A stretch of 64,000 bases of DNA. It comes from an uncultured Acidobacteriota bacterium (GTDB lineage Bacteria; Acidobacteriota; Thermoanaerobaculia; UBA5066). This document shows, one piece after another, positions 48,604-58,622 of this stretch (the first letter of the stretch is position 1; every line of letters begins with the position of its first letter). The stretch is taken from assembly GCA_963779415.1 (NCBI GenBank), contig CAVZYA010000002.1:352001-416000 (forward strand), read 5' to 3'. Under the pieces are notes generated by a model. The model was not told the origin of the DNA, ran no database searches, and was given only the letters and a program-made list of their open reading frames with translations. The translations under genes were made by a program, and so were the position numbers.

Positions 48604-49032
48604 ATGCCCGCGCGATCCGTGGCGAGAAGGACCTTCTCCCCCCGTCTCCTTCCGGTGGCGCTCGCCGCGGCGCTTGTCGCCCTCCTCGGCTGCGCCTCGA
48701 ACCCCCTGGATACGGGGGTCCCCGCCGAGAAAGCGTACGGTGCCGAGATGGCGAAGAAGGGTTTCTGGCGGGAGGCGCTCTTCCGCTTCCAGAAGGCCCA
48801 GAAGGAGGCGCCGAACGACGCGGAGATCCTGAGCAACCTCGGCGTGGCGTACGAGGCGGTGGGCGAGACCGCCAAGGCGCTCGCGGCCTATCGCCGGGCC
48901 CTCGAGCTCGCCCCGGAGGAGACGCACATCCGCCGGAACTACGCGCGGTTCGCGGAGTACTACACGGCGGCGCAGCGGGCAGACACCGGCCCCGAAACCC
49001 CGCCCGCCCCGCGCCCGACGCCGAAGCCATGA
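48604..49032 (+). CDS. TPR lipoprotein
   Basis: LLGC lipobox; WREALFRFQKA, ILSNLGVAYEAVG; start is 48604 or 48619. Confidence 0.8.
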   Translation: MPARSVARRTFSPRLLPVALAAALVALLGCASNPLDTGVPAEKAYGAEMAKKGFWREALFRFQKAQKEAPNDAEILSNLGVAYEAVGETAKALAAYRRALELAPEETHIRRNYARFAEYYTAAQRADTGPETPPAPRPTPKP

Positions 49033-49739
49033 GACGCTCTCGCGCCCTTGCTCTTCCCGCCGCCGCCGCGCTTCTCGCCGCGGCTGCGGCGCCGCTCCTC
49101 GCGGGAGTGTTCGAGACGAAGCTCCGCCTGCCGCTGCGCCCCAAGCTCGCCGTGACGGGACGCGAACGGATCTCGATCGCCCCCTTCCTCGTCGCCTCGC
49201 GCACGTCGGACGCCCGGGAGGCGCAACGGGTCGCCGATGTCGACCTCGACGGCGAGTTCCGCCGCTACCTGACGAAGCTTCTCTCGAAGCGGACGAAGAT
49301 GACGCTCGTCGCGATGCCGTCGGACGTGAAGCTCCCGGCCGCCACTCTCCGGGAGGTGGCCGAGAACGCCGCGTTCTGGCGGGGGCTCGGCGCCCGCACC
49401 GGCGCGGACATCCTCGTCTCGGGCGTCGTCGACTTCCGGGTCGAGAACAAGTCGGGCTACCGGACCGAGGAGTACAAGAGCCCCGTCGACAACAGGATCT
49501 ACACCCGCCAGGTCCTCGTCGAATCGACCGGGTTCACGTTCGACGTGAGCGTCCTCGCCCTCGACGGCCGGACGGGTGCCCAGCTCTTCCTCGAGAACTT
49601 CCACGACCAGAAGGAGAAGCCGAAACGGGCGGCCGACGAGATGGCCGGACTCTTCGAGAACCTCTTCTCGCTCGAGGGGCAGATCCTCGGCCTTTTCGTC
49701 GTCCGGGAACGCGAGGCGAACCGCTATGTATTCGACTGA
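49029..49739 (+). CDS. Exported protein with a CsgG / TolB-N-like alpha-beta fold
   Basis: Signal peptide; RISIAPF, LGARTGADILVSG, ALDGRTG; ATGA coupling. Confidence 0.6.
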   Translation: MRRSRALALPAAAALLAAAAAPLLAGVFETKLRLPLRPKLAVTGRERISIAPFLVASRTSDAREAQRVADVDLDGEFRRYLTKLLSKRTKMTLVAMPSDVKLPAATLREVAENAAFWRGLGARTGADILVSGVVDFRVENKSGYRTEEYKSPVDNRIYTRQVLVESTGFTFDVSVLALDGRTGAQLFLENFHDQKEKPKRAADEMAGLFENLFSLEGQILGLFVVREREANRYVFD

Positions 49740-52704
49740 AATCGGGGGGAGCGTCGTCCGTCCCCGCGAGAAGTCCGGCCGGGTTCGCTCCCCCCGTGCC
49801 CCCCTATTTCTTTCTTTCTTTGCCGTCGTCCTCGCGCTCCTTCTGGCCGCCCCGGCCCGGCCCGAAGGGCAGAACAAGATCGTCTACGACACCTTCGACT
49901 GGTCGATCTACAGCTCGACCCATTTCGACGTCTACTTCTACGCGCGGGAGAAGGGCTCGCTCCAGAAGGTCGTCTCGATGGCGGAGTCGGCCTACGACGA
50001 GCTCTCCCGCCGCCTGAACTACCAGATTCCCAAGCGTGTCCCGCTGATCTACTACGCGACCCACTCCGAGTTCGAGCAGAACAACGTCATCCTCGACTTC
50101 ATCCCGGAGGGAATCGGCGCCTTCGCCGAGCCGGCGCGCAACCGGATGGTCCTGCCGATCGACCTCCCGGACGAGCGGCTGCAGGCCCTGATCCAGCACG
50201 AGCTGACGCACGTCTTCCAGTTCCAGATCCTCTACGGCGGAAGCTACGCGCGCGCGATGACGTCGAATGCCCCGACCTGGCTCATGGAAGGGATGGCCTC
50301 CTACTTCGGGAACGACGAGGACGAAAAGGACAAGGTCTTCGTCCGCGACGCCGTCAACTCCGACCTGATCCCTCCGATCACGAAGGTCCAGATCGAGGGC
50401 TATCCCGCCTACCGCTTCGGCCACGCCTTCTGGGACTTCCTCGAGGCCGAGTGGGGGAAGGACGCGCCGCGCGACTTCGTCTACGAGTACCGCTCCTTCC
50501 TCGGCCGCGGGGTGGCGCAGACCCTCCGTCGCGCATTCGACGTCACCCCCGACGACTTCAACCTGAAGTTCCGCCGCTATCTCCGTCGGAAGTACCTCCC
50601 CCTTCTCGCGCAGAAGGGCGAAGCGTCCGAGTACGGCCAGAAGTTCACGTTGAAGGAATCCCGCTTCTCATACGAAGTCGGAACGGCGGCCGCGCCGTCG
50701 GGCGATTTCGTCGCGACGCTGACCACGATCGGGGACCAGGTCGACATCGTCCTTCTCTCCGTGAAGGACCGGAGCTACTACAAGAACCTCTCCTCGGGGC
50801 GGACCACGAAGTACGAGTACATCATCGGGCAGTACCTGACGACCGGCCCCGCTGCCGGCCGGGACCTCTCCTTCGGGCCGGACGGCGACCAGATCGCCGC
50901 CTTCGGCCGCTACGAGCGGGGACGCCAGCTTCTCCTCTTCTCGGTCCGGAAGGGGGGCCTCATCGCCCGGATCCCGGTTCCACCCGACCAGCCGCTCTCG
51001 CCCGCCTTCTCCCCCGACGGGAAGAGCATCGCCTTCGCGGGGACGCTGAACGACAAGCGGGACATCTACCTCCTCGACCTCTCTGCGAAGACGGTCCGGA
51101 ACATGACCGATGACGCCGCCTACGACGAGGCCCCGGTTTTCTCCCCTGACGGGAAGTTCCTCTACCACGTCAAGTGGGTCGGCGGTCTCGCGAAGATCGT
51201 CCGTTTCCCCGTCGACGATCCTTCGAAGATCGAGCAGGTCACGTGGGGGGACGGCAACGACGAGGATCCGGTCCTCTCCCCCGACGGCAACCGGCTCTAC
51301 TACACCTCCTCGCGTGGCGGGGGGATCTTCAACATCTACGGGCAGGACCTCGCGACGGGCGAGATCCTCCAGTACACCGACGTCATCGGCTCGGCCCTCG
51401 GCCCCTCCGTCTTCATCGGTCCGGACGGGCAGGAGAAGGTCGTCTTCGCCGGCTACCAGGCCCAGCGGTCGCAGCTCTACCTCGCCGACGCGAAGAAGCC
51501 GTTCCGGAAGCTGGACGAAAAGGCCCCCCTGGCCGCCGCGATCAAGCCCCCGGCCGCACCGGATTTCACCCCGGCCCTCGAGGTCTCCGTCGATCCGGAG
51601 AAGGTGACACGGCCGAAGAGGTTCAAGCTCTTCGTCTCGGACGTGGGCGGGTCCGCCGGCATCGGCTCGGACGGATACTTCTACTCCGACGTCCGCCTCG
51701 ACTTCTCCGACTACCTCGGCAACGACCGCGTCACGTTCATCTTCAGCTCGATTTACACCTACTCGAACTTCCTCCTCTCCTACTTCAACCTCCGGAACCG
51801 CCTCCAGTGGGGCGTCGCGGTCTACGACCAGCGGCAGTACTTCGTCACGCTCGATCCGACGACGGGCTACACGTCGAACCGCCAGCAGGTGACGCGGGAG
51901 ACCGGCGTGTCGGTGCAGGCCTGGTGGCCGTTCGACCGGTACACGCGCGTGGAGGGGGGTGTCGGCTTCATGTCCCGGCAGATCCCGGTCCTCGCGTACG
52001 GCGAGGTCACCGATAACATCGGCAACCCCGTCTCCTGCACGGATGCTAATGGGAATATCACGACCGACTGCCCCTACTACGCCCAGCGGACCGACAACGC
52101 CCCGACCGCCAGCCTGGGATTCTCCCGCGACGACGTCCAGTTCCAGTCTTACGGCCCGTGGCGGGGGACCGGCGTCGACCTCAACGTCCAGTACATGCCG
52201 GACCTGAAGGACGGAGGGACCCTCGCCCTGACGGAGATCGCGCAGATCCGGGAGTACATTCCGATCTCGCGTCGCGTTCTCTTCGCGATCCGGCTCTACG
52301 GTGCCTTCTCGAGCGGCAATCTCCCCTACTACTTCTCCCCGACCGGGTACGACCGGCTGCGCGCCTACGCGTACGGCGACCTCTACGGGAACAACGCCTT
52401 CGTCGGGAACATCGAGTTCCGCTTCCCGCTCGTGGACGCGCTCGTCCTTCCGTTCATGCAGTTCGGCGGCATCCGCGGGCGGCTCTACCTCGACGTGGGC
52501 GGGTCGTGGCTGAAGGGGCAGTCCTTCCAGTTCTGGAACTCGGACCTGAACCAGCTCCAGGATGCCCTCGCCGACTACGGCGTCGGCTTCTCGATCTTCC
52601 TGCTCGGCATCCCGTTCAACTTCGACTGGGTTCAGCCCTGGAACTTCCGCACCAAGACCGCCCCCACGCAAATGATCTTCTCGATCGGATTCCCCTCCTT
52701 CTGA
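49726..52704 (+). CDS. Metallopeptidase (HExxH) + PD40/WD40 propeller + Omp85-type beta-barrel
   Basis: HELTH...MEGMASY; repeated SPAFSPDG; C-terminal RLRAY...GNIEFRFPL...LYLDVG...YGVG...FSIGFPSF. Confidence 0.85.
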   Translation: MYSTEIGGSVVRPREKSGRVRSPRAPLFLSFFAVVLALLLAAPARPEGQNKIVYDTFDWSIYSSTHFDVYFYAREKGSLQKVVSMAESAYDELSRRLNYQIPKRVPLIYYATHSEFEQNNVILDFIPEGIGAFAEPARNRMVLPIDLPDERLQALIQHELTHVFQFQILYGGSYARAMTSNAPTWLMEGMASYFGNDEDEKDKVFVRDAVNSDLIPPITKVQIEGYPAYRFGHAFWDFLEAEWGKDAPRDFVYEYRSFLGRGVAQTLRRAFDVTPDDFNLKFRRYLRRKYLPLLAQKGEASEYGQKFTLKESRFSYEVGTAAAPSGDFVATLTTIGDQVDIVLLSVKDRSYYKNLSSGRTTKYEYIIGQYLTTGPAAGRDLSFGPDGDQIAAFGRYERGRQLLLFSVRKGGLIARIPVPPDQPLSPAFSPDGKSIAFAGTLNDKRDIYLLDLSAKTVRNMTDDAAYDEAPVFSPDGKFLYHVKWVGGLAKIVRFPVDDPSKIEQVTWGDGNDEDPVLSPDGNRLYYTSSRGGGIFNIYGQDLATGEILQYTDVIGSALGPSVFIGPDGQEKVVFAGYQAQRSQLYLADAKKPFRKLDEKAPLAAAIKPPAAPDFTPALEVSVDPEKVTRPKRFKLFVSDVGGSAGIGSDGYFYSDVRLDFSDYLGNDRVTFIFSSIYTYSNFLLSYFNLRNRLQWGVAVYDQRQYFVTLDPTTGYTSNRQQVTRETGVSVQAWWPFDRYTRVEGGVGFMSRQIPVLAYGEVTDNIGNPVSCTDANGNITTDCPYYAQRTDNAPTASLGFSRDDVQFQSYGPWRGTGVDLNVQYMPDLKDGGTLALTEIAQIREYIPISRRVLFAIRLYGAFSSGNLPYYFSPTGYDRLRAYAYGDLYGNNAFVGNIEFRFPLVDALVLPFMQFGGIRGRLYLDVGGSWLKGQSFQFWNSDLNQLQDALADYGVGFSIFLLGIPFNFDWVQPWNFRTKTAPTQMIFSIGFPSF

Positions 52705-52777
52705 CACCTCGCCGGGTGACGGCCGTCACGCGGGAGTCGGCCGGAGGCGGCGAGCCGGGGCCATAATCCCCTCCGCC

Positions 52778-53539
52778 GTGCGCATCCGCGTCCTCGGCGC
52801 CCACGGGGGCGCCTCGCCCCGTCACCGGCAGACCTCCTTCCTTCTGGATGACGACGTCTGTCTCGACGCGGGAGCGGTCGCCGAGGCTCTGTCGCTCGCC
52901 CGACAGGCCCGCATCCGGGCCGTCCTTCTGACGCATGCGCACCTCGACCACGTCGCCTCCCTCCCCTTTCTTCTCGACAACGTCCTCGGACGGCGGGAAG
53001 GCCCCGTCGAGGTGGCCGCTCCGGCCGAGGTGATCGCCTCGCTCCGCCGTCATCTCTTCAACGACGAGCTCTGGCCCGATTTCTCGCGGCTTCCCGGCAG
53101 CCATGGGCCCGCCGTCGCGTTCCGGACGCTCGCGTGGGAGACGCCCGCGCGGGTGGCCGGCCTGACCGTGACCGCCGTCCCCGTCACCCACGTCGTCCCC
53201 GCGTGCGGCTATCTGGTCTCCGACGGGACCGGGACAGTCGTCTTCTCGGGCGACACCGGTCCGACCGAGCGGCTCTGGGAGGCGGCGCGCGCGGCGACGG
53301 ACGTCCGCGCCGTCTTCGTGGAGTGCTCCTTCCCCGACGAGAAACGTGAAGTCGCCCGCCTCTCGCGCCATCTCACACCGGAGACCGTCAAGAGCGAACT
53401 CGCGAAGATGCCCCCCGATCTCCCGGTCTTCCTCTACCACATGAAGCCGCCCGGGCTCGAGGCGATCGCCGTGGAGGTCGCGGGCCTCGGCGAACCACGC
53501 CTCCGTCTTCTCTCGGACGGAGAGGAGATCGTCCTCTAG
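52778..53539 (+). CDS. Class II cyclic-nucleotide phosphodiesterase (MBL fold)
   Basis: IRVLGAHGG, THAHLDH, HLFNDELWPDF, FSGDTG, HLTP, YHMKP. Confidence 0.85.
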   Translation: MRIRVLGAHGGASPRHRQTSFLLDDDVCLDAGAVAEALSLARQARIRAVLLTHAHLDHVASLPFLLDNVLGRREGPVEVAAPAEVIASLRRHLFNDELWPDFSRLPGSHGPAVAFRTLAWETPARVAGLTVTAVPVTHVVPACGYLVSDGTGTVVFSGDTGPTERLWEAARAATDVRAVFVECSFPDEKREVARLSRHLTPETVKSELAKMPPDLPVFLYHMKPPGLEAIAVEVAGLGEPRLRLLSDGEEIVL

Positions 53540-53561
53540 GAAGCGCCCGGCCCGGGACACC

Positions 53562-54452
53562 TCACTTCGTGTCGAGGATAAGCGGGAGGCCGTCCTTTCC
53601 CGACCCGATGATCACGACTTTGGTGTTCGGTGCCTGTGCGATCTTCTCGGTCGCCTCGATCCCCTTCCACCGGAGGAGCTGGTCGCTGATCCCCTTCGTG
53701 ACGATGGCCTGGAAGTCGGCGATTCCCTGCGCCTCGATCCGCTTCCGCTCGGCCTCCTGCCGCTCCTTCGTCAGGACGAACTGCATCCGCTGGCTCTCCT
53801 GCTCGGAGCGGAGCTTCTCCTCGATCGACGCCGTCAGGCCGGCGGGGAGGCCGACCTTCCGGAGCGGGGTCGACTCGACCGAGATGCCACGCGGCTCCAC
53901 GATCGCCTGCAGGTCCTTCAGGATCGTCTGGGCGAGCTGCTCGCGCTCGGAGGTGTAGAGCGCCCTCGCGTCGTACGAAGCCGTGACGCCCCGCGCGACC
54001 GACCGGAACTGCGGGACGAGGACGATGTGCATGTACTCCGGCCCGATCGTCTTGTAGACCTCGGCCGCCTTCTCCGGATTCAGGTGAAAGAGGGCCGAGA
54101 GCTCGAGCTGGACCGTCAGCCCCTCCTTCGACGGGACGTCCATGACCTCCTTGAGCTCCTGCGTCTTGACGGAGAACTTGACGACCCGCGCGAGCGGGTT
54201 CACGAGGTTGATCCCGGCCTTGAGCGTCGCCGGCGAGACCGTTCCGAAGAAGTCGACGACGCCGACGTTCCCGGCGGGAATGACGGTGACCGCCTCGAAG
54301 AACGCGACGGCGGCGAAGACGACCGCGGCGAGGAGCGCGAAGGCCGAGACCGGTCGGGCGGGAGATCCCGGCTCGGTGCGCACGCGGCGCCGGAGAGCCG
54401 AGAGGACGAGGAGGGCGAGGATGGTCCCGGCCACACCGAGAACGAAGAGCAT
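53562..54452 (-). CDS. SPFH / prohibitin (band 7) protein
   Basis: VPSKEGLTV, ERQEAERKRIEAQGIADFQ, WKGIEATEK, GLPLIL. Confidence 0.9.
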   Translation of the reverse strand: MLFVLGVAGTILALLVLSALRRRVRTEPGSPARPVSAFALLAAVVFAAVAFFEAVTVIPAGNVGVVDFFGTVSPATLKAGINLVNPLARVVKFSVKTQELKEVMDVPSKEGLTVQLELSALFHLNPEKAAEVYKTIGPEYMHIVLVPQFRSVARGVTASYDARALYTSEREQLAQTILKDLQAIVEPRGISVESTPLRKVGLPAGLTASIEEKLRSEQESQRMQFVLTKERQEAERKRIEAQGIADFQAIVTKGISDQLLRWKGIEATEKIAQAPNTKVVIIGSGKDGLPLILDTK

Positions 54453-54549
54453 GGAAGCCTCCTCGCTCCATCCTATGCGGTCGCCTTTCCGCACGAAAGG
54501 AAGAGGACGCGAACCCCTCCGCGGTCCTCGATCCGGAGCCTCTCGCTCA

Positions 54550-55140
54550 TCAAGGCTCCTTCGCCGCCCGAAGCGGCGCGAGGAAGAGATTGATCACGCG
54601 GCCGTCGTCGCCGAGCTCGGGATGAAACGTCGCGGCGAGGAGATTCCCCTCGCGGACGAGGACGGGATCGCCGTCGCGGCGCGCGAGGACGGCAACTCCG
54701 GGGCCGACCGCGGCAAATTTCGGGGCCCGAATGAAGACCGCCTCGAGTGGCCCCTCGCCGAACGTGCTTTGGTCGAGGTCATGGAGAGAGACGACGGCCG
54801 AGTCGAGCTGCCGGCCGTACGCGTTCCGGACGATCGTCGCGTCGAGGAGGCCGAGCCCGGAACCCCGCGGGTGAAGGATCGTCTTCGAGAGGAGAATCGC
54901 CCCTGCGCAGGTGCCGAAGACGGGGTCCCCGCGCCGCGCCACCGCCACGATGGCCTCGGCGATTCCGGACCCCTCCATCAGCTTCTGGAAGGTCGTCGAC
55001 TCTCCTCCCGGGATCACGAGGGCCGAGGCGCGAAGGACGTCCGCTGCCGTCCGCGCCTCGTGCCATGGCACGCCGACACGTGCGAGGGCCGCGCCGTGGG
55101 CCTCGAAGTCGCCCTGGAGGGCGAGGACCGCGACCGACAT
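54550..55140 (-). CDS. pdxT: PLP synthase glutaminase subunit
   Basis: VLALQGDF, PGGESTT, FGTCAG, RNAYGRQ, FIRAP, FHPE. Confidence 0.96.
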   Translation of the reverse strand: MSVAVLALQGDFEAHGAALARVGVPWHEARTAADVLRASALVIPGGESTTFQKLMEGSGIAEAIVAVARRGDPVFGTCAGAILLSKTILHPRGSGLGLLDATIVRNAYGRQLDSAVVSLHDLDQSTFGEGPLEAVFIRAPKFAAVGPGVAVLARRDGDPVLVREGNLLAATFHPELGDDGRVINLFLAPLRAAKEP

Positions 55141-55141
55141 C

Positions 55142-56053
55142 TCACCAGCCGCGAGTCTGGAGCAGATCCGATTCCGCGAGCTTCGCCGCCTCGATCCCCC
55201 TCATCCCTTCGCCGAGCGCTTCCGAAGCCTTCGCCACGCGGTCCCAGTCCGTGAAGTGCGTCGTCGCCTCGACAATCGCGCGCGCCCTCCTGGCCGGATC
55301 GTCGGACTTGAAGATCCCCGAGCCGACGAAGACGGCCTCTGCACCGAGCATCCGGCAGAGGGCGGCGTCCGCCGGCGTCGCGATGCCGCCCGCCGCGAAG
55401 TTCGGCACCGGGAGCCGGCCATGTTCGGCGACGTAGACGACGAGCTCGAACGGGGCCTGGAGGTTCTTCGCCGCCGTCATCCACTCGTCCTTCGAGAGAA
55501 GAGTCAACGCCTTCATCTGCCGTGTCACCTCGCGCAGGTGCTTCACGGCGTGGACGATGTCCCCCGTCCCGGCCTCCCCCTTCGTCCGGATCATGGCGGC
55601 CCCCTCGCCGATCCGCCGGAGCGCCTCGCCGAGGTTCCGGCAGCCGCAGACGAACGGGACCTTGAAATCGTGCTTGTAGACGTGGTTCTCCTCGTCGGCC
55701 GGCGTCAGGACCTCCGACTCGTCGATGAAATCGACCTCGAGTGCCTCGAGGATGCGGGCCTCGGCGAGGTGCCCGATCCGGCACTTCGCCATGACCGGGA
55801 TGGAAACGGCCTTCTCGATCTCGCGGATCTTCGAGACGGGGGACATCCGCGCCACGCCCCCGTCGCGCCGGATGTCGGCCGGGACCCGCTCGAGAGCCAT
55901 GACGGCCACGGCTCCCGCGTCCTCGGCGACCTTCGCCTGCTCGGCGTTGACGACGTCCATGATGACTCCCCCCTTGAGCATCTCGGCGAGACCGACCTTC
56001 AGGCGGAAGGCGTCGGAGACGAAAGGGGTCCGGATCTCGAAACTGCTGGCCAT
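55142..56053 (-). CDS. pdxS: PLP synthase lyase subunit
   Basis: [49 protein letters not shown] end; start at 56053. Confidence 0.97.
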   Translation of the reverse strand: MASSFEIRTPFVSDAFRLKVGLAEMLKGGVIMDVVNAEQAKVAEDAGAVAVMALERVPADIRRDGGVARMSPVSKIREIEKAVSIPVMAKCRIGHLAEARILEALEVDFIDESEVLTPADEENHVYKHDFKVPFVCGCRNLGEALRRIGEGAAMIRTKGEAGTGDIVHAVKHLREVTRQMKALTLLSKDEWMTAAKNLQAPFELVVYVAEHGRLPVPNFAAGGIATPADAALCRMLGAEAVFVGSGIFKSDDPARRARAIVEATTHFTDWDRVAKASEALGEGMRGIEAAKLAESDLLQTRGW

Positions 56054-56081
56054 GGCCGTTCTCTCCTTGATCCTGCTCTTT

Positions 56082-57575
56082 TCAGACGCCGATGAGCGCC
56101 GCTTCTTCGTCGATGCGCTGTCCGGCGGCCTTCCGGCGCGTGGCCTGCCGGGCGAGGGCCCGCGCCGCGGCCCCGACGGCCGAGAGGCCCCGTGCGAGGT
56201 CGGCGGGTTCCTCGCGGGCCACGGTGACACGGACTGCCGGAACGTCCGCGAGGTCGGGGTGAAAATCGGAGCCGGCCGAGACGAGGACTCCCCTGTCGCG
56301 CGCGGCCTCGGCGAGCGCGCGCCCGGAGACTCCGGCCGGCAATTCGATCCAGAGGACCCAGCCTCCGGAGGGGCGCGCACAGCGCGTGCCGGCGGGGAAC
56401 CGTTCCCGGATGACGCGGTGGGCGAGAGCGAGCCGCCCCTTCAGACGCGCGCGCGTCCGGGCGAGGTGCCGGTCGTAGTCTCCGCGCGCGAGGAAGAGGT
56501 TGAGCGCCGCCTGGAGGACGAGAGGCGACGTCAGCTCGCCGACCCGCTTGAGCGCGGCGAGCCGGTGGACGAACTCCCTCGGGCCCGAGATCCACCCGAC
56601 GCGCACCCCCGGGAAGAGCGCCTTCGAGAGCGTCCCGAGGTGGACGACGTGCTCCGGCGCGAGCGCGGCGAGCGGGGGCGGCAGCTCCCCCTCGACACGG
56701 AGATCGGCGTCGAAGGCGTCCTCCACGACGAGGACCCCCGCCGCCGCAATCCGTCCGGCGACATCCGCGCGGCGAGCGGGAGAGGCGAGAAGCCCCGTCG
56801 GATTGTGGAAATCGGGAATCGTGTAGAAGAATTTCGGCCGCTCGGCGAGGGCGCGGGAGAGCGCTTCCGGCTCGGGTCCTTCGGCATCGAGCGGGACTCC
56901 GAGAAGCCGCGCCCGGTGCACCCGGAGGAGCGTCAGAGCGAGCGCGTAGCTCGGCACCTCGACGGCGACCGGATCGCCCGGGTCGACGAGGGCACGCGTG
57001 ATCAGGTCGAGCCCCTGCTGGGCGCCGTTCACGATCAGGAGTCCCTCCGGATCCGCCGGGATCCCCCGCCGCCGGAGACGCTCGGCGAGCGTCTCGCGGA
57101 GCGGGCGATAGCCGAACGGGGAGCCGTACGCGAGGAGGGCACCGTCGCGCGCGACCTCGGCGAGGAGCTTCGCGAAGGCGTCCGCCGGGAAGTCCTTCTC
57201 GTCCGGGGCGAGGCGGGAGAGATCGAGGGCGCCCTCCGGAGCCGCGTCCGCCGCCGGCCGCTCGGCGAGGACGCGCGCAAGGAGCGACGAGGCGAGCCGG
57301 TCCCACGCGGGAGCCGGCTCCGGACGGGGTGCGGCCACCGAGCGAGGCACGATGCGCGTCCCGCCCCCGTGGTTCGTCTCGATCCATCCTTCGCTCTTGA
57401 GGAGCTGCAGGGCCTGATGGACCGTCGCCCGGTTCACCTCGAACGAACGGGCGAGATCCCGCGAGGCCGGAAGACGTTCCCCTTCCACGTACCGGCTTTT
57501 CCGGATGTCGCGGATCAGGTTGTCCGCGATGGTTCGGTAGAGCGGGACCCGCGGAGAGGGGGCGGAGGCATCCAT
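56082..57575 (-). CDS. MocR/GabR-family regulator (GntR HTH + PLP aminotransferase domain), PdxR-like by context
   Basis: [38 protein letters not shown]; immediately upstream of pdxST. Confidence 0.92.
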   Translation of the reverse strand: MDASAPSPRVPLYRTIADNLIRDIRKSRYVEGERLPASRDLARSFEVNRATVHQALQLLKSEGWIETNHGGGTRIVPRSVAAPRPEPAPAWDRLASSLLARVLAERPAADAAPEGALDLSRLAPDEKDFPADAFAKLLAEVARDGALLAYGSPFGYRPLRETLAERLRRRGIPADPEGLLIVNGAQQGLDLITRALVDPGDPVAVEVPSYALALTLLRVHRARLLGVPLDAEGPEPEALSRALAERPKFFYTIPDFHNPTGLLASPARRADVAGRIAAAGVLVVEDAFDADLRVEGELPPPLAALAPEHVVHLGTLSKALFPGVRVGWISGPREFVHRLAALKRVGELTSPLVLQAALNLFLARGDYDRHLARTRARLKGRLALAHRVIRERFPAGTRCARPSGGWVLWIELPAGVSGRALAEAARDRGVLVSAGSDFHPDLADVPAVRVTVAREEPADLARGLSAVGAAARALARQATRRKAAGQRIDEEAALIGV

Positions 57576-57591
57576 CGGTTCAAAGTTAGCC

Positions 57592-57607
57592 TTTGGCCTA
57601 GACCAAA
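57592..57607. promoter_or_regulatory. Putative PdxR operator palindrome
   Basis: TTTGGCCTAGACCAAA inverted repeat just upstream of a TAACTT -10 that sits 7 nt before the ATG. Confidence 0.5.
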
Positions 57608-57663
57608 ATCAACCCGGTACGGAATCGGGGCCAACCAAGCCCGGAACGGGACCGGCCGGGCGC

Positions 57664-57948
57664 TCAGCCGCCGCGCGCCGCGAGGGCGGCGTAGGCGCGC
57701 TCCATCTCCTCGGCGAAAAACAGGTCCCACTCGCGCGACCCCTCGACGGGCTTCCGGGGCTTCGCAAGGAGCTTCGCGCGAACCTCCACCTCGAGCCGCG
57801 CGCTTTCGCGGTCCCACTCGAGGAGCGCCTTCAGGAGATGGTTTCGGACGAATTCCGTCTCGTGGGTCAGCTCGACCCCCGACATCCCGTGGAGGCGCTC
57901 CACCATCCGGTGGGAGAGATCCACCGCGCGCTCGCGCGACCGAGGCAT
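57664..57948 (-). CDS. DUF507 family protein
   Basis: MPRSRERAVDLSH...EGSREWDLFFAEEM; start overlaps the upstream stop. Confidence 0.7.
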   Translation of the reverse strand: MPRSRERAVDLSHRMVERLHGMSGVELTHETEFVRNHLLKALLEWDRESARLEVEVRAKLLAKPRKPVEGSREWDLFFAEEMERAYAALAARGG

Positions 57949-58601
57949 CAGTGGATCCTCCGTGGGCCGTCGGCCAGGGGGGTCCGGAGGCTCGCGACCC
58001 CTTTCTGCGTCAGCGGGTGGTCGAAGAGCTTGTCGAGAACGGCGAACGGCAGGATGGCGACGTCGGCCCCCATCATGGCGGCGTCGAGGACATGGAGCGG
58101 GCTCTGGACCCCCTGAACGGCGATCTGGGTCTGGAGACCGTAGTTGTCGTAGACGCGGACGATCCCCTCGACGACGTCCATCCCGATCTGTCCCGCGTCG
58201 TCCAGCTCCCCGATCGCCGGGGAGACGTAGGCGCTTCCGGCACGCGCCGCGAGGAGGGCCTGCGCCGCGGTGAAGACGAGCCCCACGTCGGTCGCGATCT
58301 GGTCGTCGTTCAGGAGGCGGACGACGCGGAGCCCCTCGCGAGTCATCGGCACGCGGATGACGATCGCCTTGCCGAGCTTGTGTACCTCGCGGGCTTCCTT
58401 GTACATCGCCTTGGCGTCCCCGGCCGCGATCGTGGCGATGACCGGACCGTCCCCGACGGCCGCGACGTCGGCGAGGAGACGGCGGTACTCCTTCCCGGCG
58501 GCGAGCGCCGCGTCCGGCCGGACGAGCGCCCCGTCGAGAAGCCCCCATTCGCGGACGCGGCGGGCCTCGTCGGGGTCGCCGGTGTCGAGAAAGAATCGCA
58601 T
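57948..58601 (-). CDS. Transaldolase / FSA-fold protein with a degenerate active site
   Basis: MRFFLDTG, QALLAARAG, HPLTQKG are conserved, but TTNP, the catalytic Lys and the phosphate-binding Arg are substituted. Confidence 0.85.
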   Translation of the reverse strand: MRFFLDTGDPDEARRVREWGLLDGALVRPDAALAAGKEYRRLLADVAAVGDGPVIATIAAGDAKAMYKEAREVHKLGKAIVIRVPMTREGLRVVRLLNDDQIATDVGLVFTAAQALLAARAGSAYVSPAIGELDDAGQIGMDVVEGIVRVYDNYGLQTQIAVQGVQSPLHVLDAAMMGADVAILPFAVLDKLFDHPLTQKGVASLRTPLADGPRRIH

Positions 58602-58622
58602 CGTCCCTCCGGAGGGCGAACT

